Assembly: GCF_000737315.1 (NCBI RefSeq)
Contig: NZ_JMCB01000001.1
Location: 62,001 to 126,000 of the forward strand
Length of the DNA stretch: 64,000 nt
Direction of reading: 5' to 3'
Origin: Hyalangium minutum
GTDB taxonomy: Bacteria; Myxococcota; Myxococcia; Myxococcales; Myxococcaceae
Shown: positions 17,984-27,872 of the stretch, piece by piece
How the letters are laid out: each line of letters begins with the position of its first letter
How positions within the stretch are numbered: the first letter of the stretch is position 1
Program-made: the position numbers and the translations under genes
Notes under the pieces: model-generated
Seen by the model: the letters and a program-made list of their open reading frames with translations, nothing else
Told to the model about the DNA's origin: nothing
Databases searched by the model: none

Positions 17984-18745
17984 ATGCGGAAACTCCCCCT
18001 CGTCGCAGTGCTGCCGCTCACCCTGTCCCTCGAGGCCTGCGGCCCCGAAGCGCTAGAGGAGGAGCCGGTGGAAGAGTTCGGAGCGCTCCAGAGCGCCAAG
18101 CAGGAGTTGACCTTCGCGGCTCGGGGATCCTGGGTGGCCCCCAACCCCGCCACGCCTCTGGCCTCCACGTCCGACCGGGCCTGCTTCTTCACGCGCCTGG
18201 GCGGGGCCTTCGATACGGGCGGAGACTCGCTCCGCATCGCCGCACTGTGGGAGCGGTGGCATGTCGACGGAACGGGCTCGACGCGGGCCGCCGCCGCATG
18301 CGCCGGGATGCGCGACACCCATGAATACACCACAGGCTACGATTGGGCCGCGGGCCAGCAGCCGACGAACCTGGGCCCGGTGAATGGCCGGGTGTGCTTC
18401 CTGACGCGTGTGGGCGGGAGCTTCAACCACCCGACGGACTGGATCGGCGTGTACCAGAGTGGAGGCTCGTGGTTCCTGTCAGGAGCCTCGCAAGCTCGGA
18501 ATGGCTCCGCGCGTGCGCGGTGCCTCACGGTGGACTCCTACAGCGGCGAGTACTCGTGGAGCCAGGAGGCTCGCAACTCCACGTACATGGGGCTCGCGGG
18601 GAACAAGGTCTGCGCCCTCACATCCATGGCGGGACAGTTCGACAGCGACAACGAGTTCGTCGAGATCAGCAAGGCCGTGGGCAACTGGTACCTCAGCGGA
18701 GGCTCCTCGCGCTCGGGAGTCTCCGCCAAGGCCCGGTGCTTCTGA
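17984..18745 (+). CDS. Probable lipoprotein with three ~65-aa Cys-bounded beta repeats
   Basis: RBS aaggagg; 'LSLEAC' lipobox-like; repeats W..C(F/A)(F/L)T..G.F...W...(S)G...A.A.C. Confidence 0.75.
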   Translation: MRKLPLVAVLPLTLSLEACGPEALEEEPVEEFGALQSAKQELTFAARGSWVAPNPATPLASTSDRACFFTRLGGAFDTGGDSLRIAALWERWHVDGTGSTRAAAACAGMRDTHEYTTGYDWAAGQQPTNLGPVNGRVCFLTRVGGSFNHPTDWIGVYQSGGSWFLSGASQARNGSARARCLTVDSYSGEYSWSQEARNSTYMGLAGNKVCALTSMAGQFDSDNEFVEISKAVGNWYLSGGSSRSGVSAKARCF

Positions 18746-18775
18746 GGCGCCGTCCTCACGCCCCTCTCCTGCAGC

Positions 18776-20278
18776 CTAGGGGAGCCTCTCGGACTGCGAG
18801 TGGCGAGACGACTCATCGCATTCATCCTCAGGCCGGAAGGGCAAGGCCCACAGCTCCCGGCCAGCGCTGTCTTCCGCGGTGAAGAAGACATCCCAGCCCG
18901 AGCGCACGAAGCCGCTCGGCGAGGACGAGGCAGGCCCCGGGTTCAACTCCTTCAGTCGCTCGGTGCCTGACGTCGTGCCATCGCTCACCCACAGTTCGCG
19001 GCCTCGCCCCCCTGTCTCCGCGCTGAAGAAGAGCGTGCCTTGAATGGCAGTGAGTCCCTCGGGTGAAGACGAGCCCGGCCCACGCTCCAGGTCCTTGAAG
19101 AGGCGCGTTCCCCCGGCAGTGCCGTCCGTCACCCACAGCTCGCGACCCTTGCCTCCGCCATTGTCCGCAGCGAAGAAGACGCGCCCGTTCAGCACCGCGA
19201 GCGCTTCGGGCGCGGAGCTCTCCGGGCCAGGACGGATGTCCTTGATCAGCCGCGTCCCCTTCACGGTGCCGTCGCTCGTCCACAGCTCCTCTCCCTCGGG
19301 CTCTCCACCGAAGTCCGTGCCGTTGAAGTTCCCGCCCGCGCTGAACACGAGCCGGTTTCCAAGCGCCACGAAGTCATGCGGGTACTCGCCATGGAAGAAG
19401 CGCAGCTCGCGCGTGCTGGCCGGCGTGCCGTCCGTCTTCCACAGGCTGGCCTCGCCCTCGTCGTTGTCCACGAGGAAGAAGATGCGCGACTTCACCGGCG
19501 TGAGATTGAAAATGAAGTTGTCCTCGAAGCGCTCTAGCACGGAGACAGCACCCGGCTTGCCCATGCTGCGGAACACGTGGACGCTCCTGGGCTGGCTGCC
19601 CACGAAGTAGAAGGCTTGCTGCGTCCGCGCGAAGCGGCGAGGGAAGGTGCTCTCGGGTCCCGGGTTGAGCTCCTCCACCATGCGCGTGCCGCCCGCCGTG
19701 CCATCACTGCGCCACAGCTCTCCTCCATGCACACCGTCGTTCGCGCCGAAGTAGAGCACCCCATCGAACTCTTGGAAGCGGCGCTCGTCCCGGAAAGGAG
19801 AGGGGTCGATGGCGCTGTCTCCCCCGGGGAGGATGTCCTTCACGAGATGGGTGCCCGCGGCGGTCCCGTCGCTCACCCACAGCTCTTGCCCATTCACGCC
19901 GTTATCGGCCGAGAAGAAGACCTGGTCCCCCACCTGCGTGAGATCCTGCAGGTTCGAGCCCTCCGCTCCGGGACGGATATCCTTCACCAGGAAGGTGCCC
20001 GTGCCGCCCGTGCCGCTGCTGGCCCACAGCTCGCGTCCGTGAATGCCGTCATCCGCGGTGAAGAAGAGGAGGCGGTTACTGTTGACCAGTTCTTGCGGAT
20101 CAGAGCCGTCGGGGCCGGGACGGATATCCGCCAGCCGCTTGGCGGTGTCGCCACAGGGCTCCGAAGAGCTGGCGAGTGCCACAGCCTCGGTATCCGCGGA
20201 CGGGCCAGGATCCTCGAGGGGCTCCTGCGCAGAGGATACACAAGCCAAGAGCAGCGGAAGCAAGTGCCAGGGTTTCAC
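18776..20278 (-). CDS. ELWxxDGT repeat protein (secreted beta-propeller)
   Basis: About 7 ELWxSDGT/ELWxTDGT-type repeats with 'KDIRPG' linkers; signal peptide after GTG 20278. Confidence 0.9.
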   Translation of the reverse strand: MKPWHLLPLLLACVSSAQEPLEDPGPSADTEAVALASSSEPCGDTAKRLADIRPGPDGSDPQELVNSNRLLFFTADDGIHGRELWASSGTGGTGTFLVKDIRPGAEGSNLQDLTQVGDQVFFSADNGVNGQELWVSDGTAAGTHLVKDILPGGDSAIDPSPFRDERRFQEFDGVLYFGANDGVHGGELWRSDGTAGGTRMVEELNPGPESTFPRRFARTQQAFYFVGSQPRSVHVFRSMGKPGAVSVLERFEDNFIFNLTPVKSRIFFLVDNDEGEASLWKTDGTPASTRELRFFHGEYPHDFVALGNRLVFSAGGNFNGTDFGGEPEGEELWTSDGTVKGTRLIKDIRPGPESSAPEALAVLNGRVFFAADNGGGKGRELWVTDGTAGGTRLFKDLERGPGSSSPEGLTAIQGTLFFSAETGGRGRELWVSDGTTSGTERLKELNPGPASSSPSGFVRSGWDVFFTAEDSAGRELWALPFRPEDECDESSRHSQSERLP

Positions 20279-20451
20279 GGACGTCTCCTTTGCGAGCCTG
20301 CCGGCCAAGCCGCGCCGAGCGCGCAGTCTGGTGCATGCCCACCTGGCGCATGAATGGCGCACCAGTGCGAGGGCACAGCCTCCGAGACGACAGCATGTCC
20401 CTGCCAGCACGGGAGTGAACCTGGCCCTTGGCCTCGAGGACACCCAGCACC

Positions 20452-20961
20452 TCACCCTCCAGCGGTGAGGGCTCCTTCGAACTCCAGCAGCCACTTTTTC
20501 GTGGGCAGCCCTCCGCCGAAGCCGGTGAGCGCTCCGTTGGAGCCGATCACCCGATGGCATGGCACGATGATCGGCAGAGGGTTCTGGCCATTGGCGAGGC
20601 CCACCGCGCGCACAGCCGTCGGCCGGCCGATGCGGCTCGCGATGTGGGCATAGGTGACGGTCTGGCCGAAGGGGATGCGGCTCAGGGCCTGCCACACCTG
20701 CTGCTGGAACTCCGTGCCGCTCGGGGCGAGCTTCACGCCCTCGAAGGCCATCCGTTTCCCGGCGAAGTACTCCTGGAGCGCTGTGCTCGCGTCCGCGAGG
20801 TGAGCGCGGGCGAGCGCCGTTCCCTGTGCCACCGGCAGATCCTGCTCGTCAATGGGGAACAGCACGGCGACGAGGCCCTCCTCGTTCGCGGCGAGCCTCA
20901 GCTCTCCGATGGGTGTCTTCAGGCGCTTCGTGGCCATCGCGTCGGTCATGCGGATCTTCAT
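20452..20961 (-). CDS. ogt: Methylated-DNA--protein-cysteine S-methyltransferase
   Basis: 'GTEFQQQVWQAL..IPFGQTVTY', 'NPLPIIVPCHRVIG' active site. Confidence 0.95.
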   Translation of the reverse strand: MKIRMTDAMATKRLKTPIGELRLAANEEGLVAVLFPIDEQDLPVAQGTALARAHLADASTALQEYFAGKRMAFEGVKLAPSGTEFQQQVWQALSRIPFGQTVTYAHIASRIGRPTAVRAVGLANGQNPLPIIVPCHRVIGSNGALTGFGGGLPTKKWLLEFEGALTAGG

Positions 20962-20977
20962 GGTGGGTCCTCCCAAA

Positions 20978-22462
20978 TCAGGCTGCGGAGCTCGAGGTCC
21001 GCTCGAGCATCGGCTCCGTCCACAGCAACAGCGCCGCGTAGCCGCGCCAGGGCCGCCACGCCTCCGCCATCCGTTCGAGCGCCCGAGGTGCAATGGGCAC
21101 TCCACCGCCCGCCACCTTGCGCAGGCCGAGGTCCGCCGAGGGAAAGGCATCCGGTTCGCCCAGGGCGCGCAGGGCCACGTAGTGAGCCGTCCACTCGCCA
21201 ATTCCTGGCAGTGTCACGAGCCTCGCGACGCTCTCTTCCAGGCTTACGCTTGGCTTCAGCTCGCAGGCTCCCGAAGCACATGCCGCAGCCAGCCCCTTCA
21301 AGGCCTGCTCTCGCCCCGTCGTGAGCCCAAGCCCTGACAGGTCCGCGCGGGCCAGTTCCTCGGGAGATGGGAAGAGATGGGTGAGGCCGTTCCTCGGCGA
21401 GGGGAGCGGCGTGCCGCTGCGCTGGACCACGCGCCCCGCCAACGTCGTGGCCCCCTTCACGGAGACCTGCTGGCCCAGCACGGCCCGGATCGCCAGCTCG
21501 AAGGGCTCGAATGCTCCTGGGACGCGCAGCCCTCGCGCCTGCGCAAGCCGAGGCCCGACGATCGGATCGTCTCCGAGCGCCGCTGTGATTGCCGCCGGAT
21601 CCGCGTCCAGGTCGAACAGCCGGCGCACACGCGCCACGATCTGCCGCACGGGCAGCGCGCCGGCCCCGTCGATCCGGACTGACAGCGCGTGCCGATCCGG
21701 CTGATGGGTGACCTCGATCGTGCCGGTGCTGCCACCGAGCCGGTAGGTCCGGCGGTACGTCTCCGCGTCCACCTGCTCAACGCCCGGAATCGCCCGCCCT
21801 GCTAGGTAGGCAAGGACTCGGGCCCAGTCGAAGGGCGGACGGTAGCCGAGCCTCAAAGAGATGGCCGCAGCCGCTGGGGTACCGCTGGCCTTGGAAGCCC
21901 GGCGGAGCTCGCTGGGGTTGCGGCGGTAGACGGTCCGCACGGCGTCATTGAAGCGGCGGAGGCTCTGGAAACCCGCAGCCGCCGCAATCTCGCTGAAGGG
22001 TAGCTCTGTCTCGGTAATGAGCTGCTTGGCCAGTAACAGGCGCCGGTTGCCCGCCACCGCCTGGGGGCTCGCACCCAGGTGCTTCACAAACAGCCGGTGG
22101 AGCTGCCGGGCGCCGATGCCCACCCGTGCGGCGAGCTGCTCGACCGAGCCCTCGTCGAGCGCTCCCTCTTCGATCATCCTCAGGGCCCGCGCCACGCTGG
22201 CCTCGGTTCCCGCCCAGGCGGGGGTGCCAGGGGCCGTCTCCGGGCGGCAGCGCAGGCAAGAGCGGTAGCCGAGGGCCTCAGCTGCAGCGGCGCTTGGGAC
22301 GAAGAAGCAGTTCTCCCGCTTTGGCGTCCGGGCCGGGCACACCGGGCGGCAGTAGATCCGCGTGGTCTTGACGCAGACAAAGAAGCGCCCGTCGAACCGA
22401 GCGTCACGCCCACAGAGCGCGCGGTAACAGAGGTCCTGGTCAAGGAGGTCGTCAGCGGCCAT
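20978..22462 (-). CDS. alkA: Ada Zn-binding + AraC + AlkA DNA-3-methyladenine glycosylase II fusion
   Basis: 'CRPVCPAR...CLRCRP' Ada motif, AraC HTH, AlkA_N, HhH 'LPGIGEWTAHYVALR...DAFP'. Confidence 0.93.
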   Translation of the reverse strand: MAADDLLDQDLCYRALCGRDARFDGRFFVCVKTTRIYCRPVCPARTPKRENCFFVPSAAAAEALGYRSCLRCRPETAPGTPAWAGTEASVARALRMIEEGALDEGSVEQLAARVGIGARQLHRLFVKHLGASPQAVAGNRRLLLAKQLITETELPFSEIAAAAGFQSLRRFNDAVRTVYRRNPSELRRASKASGTPAAAAISLRLGYRPPFDWARVLAYLAGRAIPGVEQVDAETYRRTYRLGGSTGTIEVTHQPDRHALSVRIDGAGALPVRQIVARVRRLFDLDADPAAITAALGDDPIVGPRLAQARGLRVPGAFEPFELAIRAVLGQQVSVKGATTLAGRVVQRSGTPLPSPRNGLTHLFPSPEELARADLSGLGLTTGREQALKGLAAACASGACELKPSVSLEESVARLVTLPGIGEWTAHYVALRALGEPDAFPSADLGLRKVAGGGVPIAPRALERMAEAWRPWRGYAALLLWTEPMLERTSSSAA

Positions 22463-22534
22463 GGGGTGCAGATATCGCGTCCCTGCCCCGGGCGCTCGCC
22501 AGAATCGGACGTGACGGTATGGGTAGGATTCGGA

Positions 22535-23668
22535 CTACTGGGCGAGGTATGCGTCCAGCTCATCCCGGAAATAGCGCAGCCCCTGCTCGAAGCGCGCAAG
22601 CCGCATGAACTCGTTCGCCCCCGAGCTCAGCCCGGCCTGGATGGACTCGCCCATCGTCATGTCCTCCATCACCGCGCCCACCAGGATGTCCATGTTCTTC
22701 TGCCAGTAGCGCGCCGCCTTCTCCGTCTCCGGCCGCTGCGGCAGCAGCCAGAACGTCCGGTACTCCGTCCGGTCTGGCCCCAGCGGATGCACCGTGCTGA
22801 TCGACACGTGATCCGGCTGGATCAGCAGCAGCACGTTCGGGAAGAGCTGGAACAGCACGTTGGCGTGCTTGCGCAGCTCCCACCCCTGCTCCGGCGCCCC
22901 CGCCAGCTCCTGGATGGTCCGCTTGGGGAAGATGCAGCGGATGTGCGGCGGCAGCCGATCCACCAGCCCCACGTTGTTGAAGAAGATCGGGTAGATGGAC
23001 TCCCGATGCGCGTACTTGAGGTGGTACGCCTCCAGGAAGATCTCGATCGCGATCTTCCAGTTGAGCCGCTTCTCGAAGCGATGGATCTGGTGCGCCACGT
23101 GCCGCTCCAGCCCGAAGCCCGCCAGTTCGCCCAGCACCGGGCCGAGGAAGGAGTCCACGTCTGGCCCGCCGGGCTCCAGCGTTACCCACAGCAAGCCCAG
23201 CCGCTCCACCATCGGCACCCGGACCAGGCCCACCGTCTCCGAAGGCCGGCTCGGGAACCCCACTTCGTCCGGAACTCCGCGCAGCCGCCCGGAGGAGTCA
23301 TAAGTCCAGCCATGGTACGGGCACACGAAGGCCTGCTTGTGCCGCCCCTGCTCCTCCCGCACCAGCCGCGTGCCCCGGTGGCGACAGACATTCAGGAAGC
23401 ACGTCAGCTCGCCCGAGGCCGTCCGGCACAACAGCAGCGGCGTCCCCGTCGCGTCATGCGTCAGGTAGTCGCCGGGCTCGGCCAGCTGGGACGCGTGGCC
23501 CACGAGCAGCGGCAGCTTGCGAAACAGCCGCCGCTCCGCCTCGTAGCGCTCCGGCTGGAGGTACGGCGCAACGGGCAGCCGCGACTCCTCCTCCACCATG
23601 TGCGTGGTGCCCGTGCGCAAGTGCTCCAGCACCCGGTGGATCAGCTCAACCTGCTTCGCGTGCTCCAC
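22535..23668 (-). CDS. Rieske ring-hydroxylating-type oxygenase alpha subunit
   Basis: 'CRHRG...CPYHGW' Rieske ligands; 'NWK..IE.FLEAYHLKYAH' and 'ED' mononuclear Fe ligands; GTG start with GGAGG RBS. Confidence 0.9.
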   Translation of the reverse strand: MEHAKQVELIHRVLEHLRTGTTHMVEEESRLPVAPYLQPERYEAERRLFRKLPLLVGHASQLAEPGDYLTHDATGTPLLLCRTASGELTCFLNVCRHRGTRLVREEQGRHKQAFVCPYHGWTYDSSGRLRGVPDEVGFPSRPSETVGLVRVPMVERLGLLWVTLEPGGPDVDSFLGPVLGELAGFGLERHVAHQIHRFEKRLNWKIAIEIFLEAYHLKYAHRESIYPIFFNNVGLVDRLPPHIRCIFPKRTIQELAGAPEQGWELRKHANVLFQLFPNVLLLIQPDHVSISTVHPLGPDRTEYRTFWLLPQRPETEKAARYWQKNMDILVGAVMEDMTMGESIQAGLSSGANEFMRLARFEQGLRYFRDELDAYLAQ

Positions 23669-23710
23669 GGCGATCCTCCGGGCCAGGCCTGGCGGCGTGC
23701 GGCCGGAAGC

Positions 23711-24127
23711 TTACCCCCAGGGCCGCAGGATCAGCAGGTAGATCGGGAGCGCGGCCTCGAGGGCGTAGGTCGACAGCGCGCCCGGAATCTGGATGGCGGA
23801 TGAGCCCTTGATCAGCCCCACCGCGTGAAGGATGCGCGACACGACCAGCGCGCCCCCAAAGATGTGGAGCAGTGTCGAGGAGCCGCCACACAGCTCGGCC
23901 GCCAGCAGCAGGATGAGGAGCAGCGGCACGTGCTCCACGCTGTTGCCATGCGCACGGATCGCGCCGATCAGCTCGGCATGTCCCCCATCGCCTCGGAACG
24001 TGTTGTACTTGCCGCGCAGCCGGCTCACGTTGAGCCCCAGCCCCAAGAGCAGCAGAGAGCTCAGGGCTCCGTAGAGCGCTGTCACCGGGACCGCCACCAG
24101 CGCCGTCCCCAAAAGCGGATTGGCCAT
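23711..24127 (-). CDS. MAPEG-family membrane protein
   Basis: 'VSRLRGK...GDGG...IRAHGNSVEHVP...SRILHAVG'. Confidence 0.88.
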   Translation of the reverse strand: MANPLLGTALVAVPVTALYGALSSLLLLGLGLNVSRLRGKYNTFRGDGGHAELIGAIRAHGNSVEHVPLLLILLLAAELCGGSSTLLHIFGGALVVSRILHAVGLIKGSSAIQIPGALSTYALEAALPIYLLILRPWG

Positions 24128-24211
24128 TGTCTTCACCTCTTCCATCGAGTCCGGGCCGCACCATAAACGCATCCCGGACTCCTGGCAGGTTTTGACGCGG
24201 GCCCAGCCTCC

Positions 24212-27200
24212 TCACCACGGCAGGGAGAAGAAGCTCACCTCCTTCACGGGCTCCGTCGCCACGGGCCCGGGAAGCAGCATCGCGCCGTCCGTTGTCAGCA
24301 GCAGTGTGCCGCCCGGCACCGCCATCGCGTCGTTCACGTCCCGCGTGGGCAGGAGCACCGCCCGCTTGCCGCCGTCCGCGCTCACCCGAACCGAGGGCAT
24401 GCCCAGGCCGCCCACCCACACCGTGTCACCCACCGCCTTCAGCGCGCGCAGTGGCACCCACTGGCCCTCCAAGCCCTGCACCTTCGACGCCCGGCCCTCC
24501 TTCACCGCGTACACCCCGCTGGCGTACGTGCCGACCCACACCGAGTCCCCGCGCGTCAGCAGCGCCGTCACCCAACCGCCCCGGTAGCCCTCCGCCGCGC
24601 CGAGCCGCTCACCCCGCCCGCCCTCGAAGCGGTACAGCCCATCCATGCCACCGGCCCACAGCGTCCCCTCCTGCCACGCCACCGCGAAGAACTTGCCCGC
24701 ATCCACCCCGGACTGCAGGTCCACCCGCCGCACCTGCGCTCCCGCAGACACCACCAGCAGCCCGCGGCTCGTCGCCACCGCCAGGCCCTCCGGTCCCACC
24801 GCGAGATCGTGCGCGCTCGCCTCGTGGATGCGCTCCACGCGCAGCCCCTTGCCCGAGCGGCTCAGCCGCAGCAGCCCGGCCTCCGTCCCCGCCCACAGTG
24901 CCCCATCGAACGAGGCCAGCGCGTTCACCTGCGCCTCACGCACATCGAGCTCCAGCGACACCGGCTCGGCCTGGTTCCCCGCCCACCGCCACAGCCCCGA
25001 GTCGAACCCGCCCAGGTACACCTCGCCCTCGAAGCGCGCCGCCGCCATCATCGCCGCCGAGCCCGCAGGCAGGGACAGCTGCGACAGCGCCACGTAGCGA
25101 TCGCGCCCCTTCTGCAGGAAGCGTCCGCTCCCGCTCGCCACCTCCACACCTCCCGCCGCCATCGAGAGCGAGAGCACGTGCGGGTGTGCGAACTTCGTGC
25201 GCAGCGCCCGCCCGCCCGTCACCCGCCACAGCCCGTTGTAGGCCGTGCCCACCAGCACGTCGCGCCCATCGGACACCACCCCCGTCACGTACACGCTGCC
25301 CACGTCCAGCTTGCTCCGCTCCAGCTTCTCTCCTCGCAGCTCCTTCAGGCCCTCGCCCAGCACGCCCACCAGCACCGTGCCCTCCGGCAGCGTCACCAGC
25401 CCTGTCACCGGGTGGCTCGGGAACGTGCCCACCGCGTGCGCCGTGCAGCGCTCCATTTCCTTTGCACAGGACAGGGAGACCAGCTCGCCGCTCTGCGTGC
25501 CGAAGAGCGCCGCACCGCCCTCCAGCGGCAGCACCGCCGTCAGCGCCAGCGAGGTGAGCGGCGCCTCGGCGTGCGCGTAGCGAAGCTCCTTCCCGGCCAC
25601 CGTGAGCCGCACCTCTTCGCCCACCAGCCGCAGGCCCTGGCCCTCCACCGACAGCGCCGGCACCTCGCGCTGGAGCGAAGTGCGAGAGGCCACCGCCACC
25701 GCCTCGTCCTCCACCATCGCGCTCAGCGTGTGGTTCTCCCACGTGAAGGCCAGGTGCACCGTGTTGCCCGCCCGGTCCCGCGCCACCACCGTGAAGGCCG
25801 AAGGCAGCTCCGTGAGCGGCACCAGCCACTCGCCCGAGAGCGCGCTCAGCGTCCGCGTCCACGTGTTGGCGCCCTCCAACCGCACGCCGCCCAGCTCCTG
25901 CCCCGCCTCCGCCGAGGTGATGCGCAGCACTCCCCGCTCCGTGTCCGCCTCCACCGCCACCGCCGGGCCCGCGTCATCCAACCGGTACCACGCGCGCTCC
26001 TGCCTCACCCGGCCGTCCGTGTAGCGCTTGAACACCTCCACCGCGTACAGCCGATCCGTCCACCCCCGCGGCACCAGGAAGCGATCCACGAACACGCCCT
26101 CCTTCGCGTCGTACACCAGCCGCCGGGCCTCGCCGAACGGGTACCACGCCGTCACCTCCTCCAGCCCCGGCTCCACCCGCGCCGTGAGCAGCGGATCGCC
26201 CGGCTTGATCGAATCCAGGCTTAGCTCGGGCGAGGACACCTGCAGCGCCGTGAACGCCGTGGGGATCTTCTCCTTCAGGCTCGTCTCGATGATGCGCTGC
26301 TTCAGCTCCGGATCCGGCGAGCGCTTGTACGCCGCCATCCACGTCGCCAGCTGGCGCTCGAAGTAGCCGCGCCGCACCGCACGGCCCTCGGGAGACTCGG
26401 GGCTGCGCACCGTCACCGGCACCTGCCGCCCCACCTGCCGCCCCTCGATGTGCGCCGCCACCTCCAGCGGAGCCTCCGAGGTGCTGAGGAAGAACAGGCG
26501 CAGCAGGCCGCCCTCGGCCACGCGCCGGCTCGAGCTGCCCATGGGCTCCACGCCGTGCCCGTCCTGCGTCAGCGCCGTCACCTCCAGCACCGGCAGCACC
26601 AGCTCGTCCGCCTGGGCGCGCAGCTTCGCCATCGCCTCCACCTCGGGATCGAACACCCGGGCGGACAGGGGCACCTGCCCCTCCATGAACGCGCGCTCGT
26701 GCGCATCCGCCAGGAAGACGAACGAGGGCAACAGCGGGAGGATCTGCTCGAAGCCCGCGAGCTGCAGGTCCGTCACGCCCACGCAGCGCACCTCCGGCGT
26801 GCGGCAGCGCGCGTCATCCATGGCCCGCGCAAACGAGGCCCCATGCGTGGTGTGCCCCGCCGTGCCGTCCAGCAGCGCCTTCACCACCGCCGCCGCGTCC
26901 CCGCTCGCCCGCTGCTCGCGGACCGTGTCTCCCACCGCGAACACCCGCACCGGCGCCGCCGACTGGTCCTGCAGGCGATCCACCAGCGCCTCGAGCGCCG
27001 CCCGGCGACGCCGCATGGAGAACGAGGCGTCCACATACAGGCGCAACTCCTTATAAGGAGCGCGCCACTCCCCGGCGTTGTTCAGCGCCACCCTCAGCCC
27101 CACCGCGGAGCTGCCGTCCTCCAGCTTCACCGCGTCCGCGCCGTAGGACAGCGGCGCGCCCTTCTCGCTCCACCACACCTCCACCGGCTTGTCCGTGGAG

Positions 27201-27832
27201 AACACCAGCCGCGTGCCGCGCTCGGAGCGGCCGAGCTGCGCGAACCGCGCCCCTTCCACGCCCACGTCCGCCAGCGGCTCCTCCGTCTGGACGTCCACCA
27301 CCACGGACGAGGCCGCCCGCCCCTGTCCCAGGAAGCGATCCACCGCCAGCGCCACCTGGCTGCGCCCCATCTCCCGCGCCACTGGCACCCGCAGCGTCAC
27401 CTCCACCCGCTGCAGGGCGCCCTCCCTCACCGGGTACACGGAGAAGCGCTGCACGCCCGCGTCCGTCTTCAGCAGCGCCGTGGCCCGCCCCTCCCCCGCG
27501 GCCTTCTCGTGCGCGGCCTCCGCCTCGCCCTTCTCCTTCAGCTCGGCGGCCAAGAAGCGCTCGCCCTGCCAGAAGCCGAAGGACACCACCGTGGCGCCCT
27601 CGGGCAGGTGGAGCTGGTAGTCCGCCTGGCCCAGCTCCGGCCCCGCGTTGTGGAACACCTGGACGAGGCGCACCTCCGCGTCCTCCCCACGTGCGTCCAC
27701 GTACAGGGACTGGCTCACCAGCGGGAGCTGGCGTGCCTCCGTGAAGAGGCCCGCCTTCTGGTTGTCCTGTGCACGGGCGGGCAGCGAGAGAAGCAGCAGG
27801 GAGACGAGGAAGCAGCAGCGAGCGGTGGTCAT
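24212..27832 (-). CDS. Secreted VIT + vWA-like + C-terminal beta-propeller protein (1206 aa)
   Basis: Signal peptide; VIT 'VQVFHN...YQLHLPEGATVVSF'; MIDAS-like 'VDASFSM'; 'PTAFTAL..IKPGDPLL' tail; repeats such as 'VNALASFDGALWAGTEAGL' and 'VTALLTRGDSVWVGT'. Confidence 0.8.
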   Translation of the reverse strand: MTTARCCFLVSLLLLSLPARAQDNQKAGLFTEARQLPLVSQSLYVDARGEDAEVRLVQVFHNAGPELGQADYQLHLPEGATVVSFGFWQGERFLAAELKEKGEAEAAHEKAAGEGRATALLKTDAGVQRFSVYPVREGALQRVEVTLRVPVAREMGRSQVALAVDRFLGQGRAASSVVVDVQTEEPLADVGVEGARFAQLGRSERGTRLVFSTDKPVEVWWSEKGAPLSYGADAVKLEDGSSAVGLRVALNNAGEWRAPYKELRLYVDASFSMRRRRAALEALVDRLQDQSAAPVRVFAVGDTVREQRASGDAAAVVKALLDGTAGHTTHGASFARAMDDARCRTPEVRCVGVTDLQLAGFEQILPLLPSFVFLADAHERAFMEGQVPLSARVFDPEVEAMAKLRAQADELVLPVLEVTALTQDGHGVEPMGSSSRRVAEGGLLRLFFLSTSEAPLEVAAHIEGRQVGRQVPVTVRSPESPEGRAVRRGYFERQLATWMAAYKRSPDPELKQRIIETSLKEKIPTAFTALQVSSPELSLDSIKPGDPLLTARVEPGLEEVTAWYPFGEARRLVYDAKEGVFVDRFLVPRGWTDRLYAVEVFKRYTDGRVRQERAWYRLDDAGPAVAVEADTERGVLRITSAEAGQELGGVRLEGANTWTRTLSALSGEWLVPLTELPSAFTVVARDRAGNTVHLAFTWENHTLSAMVEDEAVAVASRTSLQREVPALSVEGQGLRLVGEEVRLTVAGKELRYAHAEAPLTSLALTAVLPLEGGAALFGTQSGELVSLSCAKEMERCTAHAVGTFPSHPVTGLVTLPEGTVLVGVLGEGLKELRGEKLERSKLDVGSVYVTGVVSDGRDVLVGTAYNGLWRVTGGRALRTKFAHPHVLSLSMAAGGVEVASGSGRFLQKGRDRYVALSQLSLPAGSAAMMAAARFEGEVYLGGFDSGLWRWAGNQAEPVSLELDVREAQVNALASFDGALWAGTEAGLLRLSRSGKGLRVERIHEASAHDLAVGPEGLAVATSRGLLVVSAGAQVRRVDLQSGVDAGKFFAVAWQEGTLWAGGMDGLYRFEGGRGERLGAAEGYRGGWVTALLTRGDSVWVGTYASGVYAVKEGRASKVQGLEGQWVPLRALKAVGDTVWVGGLGMPSVRVSADGGKRAVLLPTRDVNDAMAVPGGTLLLTTDGAMLLPGPVATEPVKEVSFFSLPW

Positions 27833-27872
27833 GGCAGTGGCTCGGTCAGGCAGGAGAGAAAGGGAGCGGACT

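Noticed and set aside
12021-20278. LVIVD, ELWxxDGT and triple-repeat secreted proteins as a single system
   Set aside because: Different strands, interrupted by unrelated genes, and these families are scattered widely in myxobacterial genomes
22463-22534. Possible Ada box upstream of alkA
   Set aside because: No match to the E. coli Ada consensus that I could defend by eye
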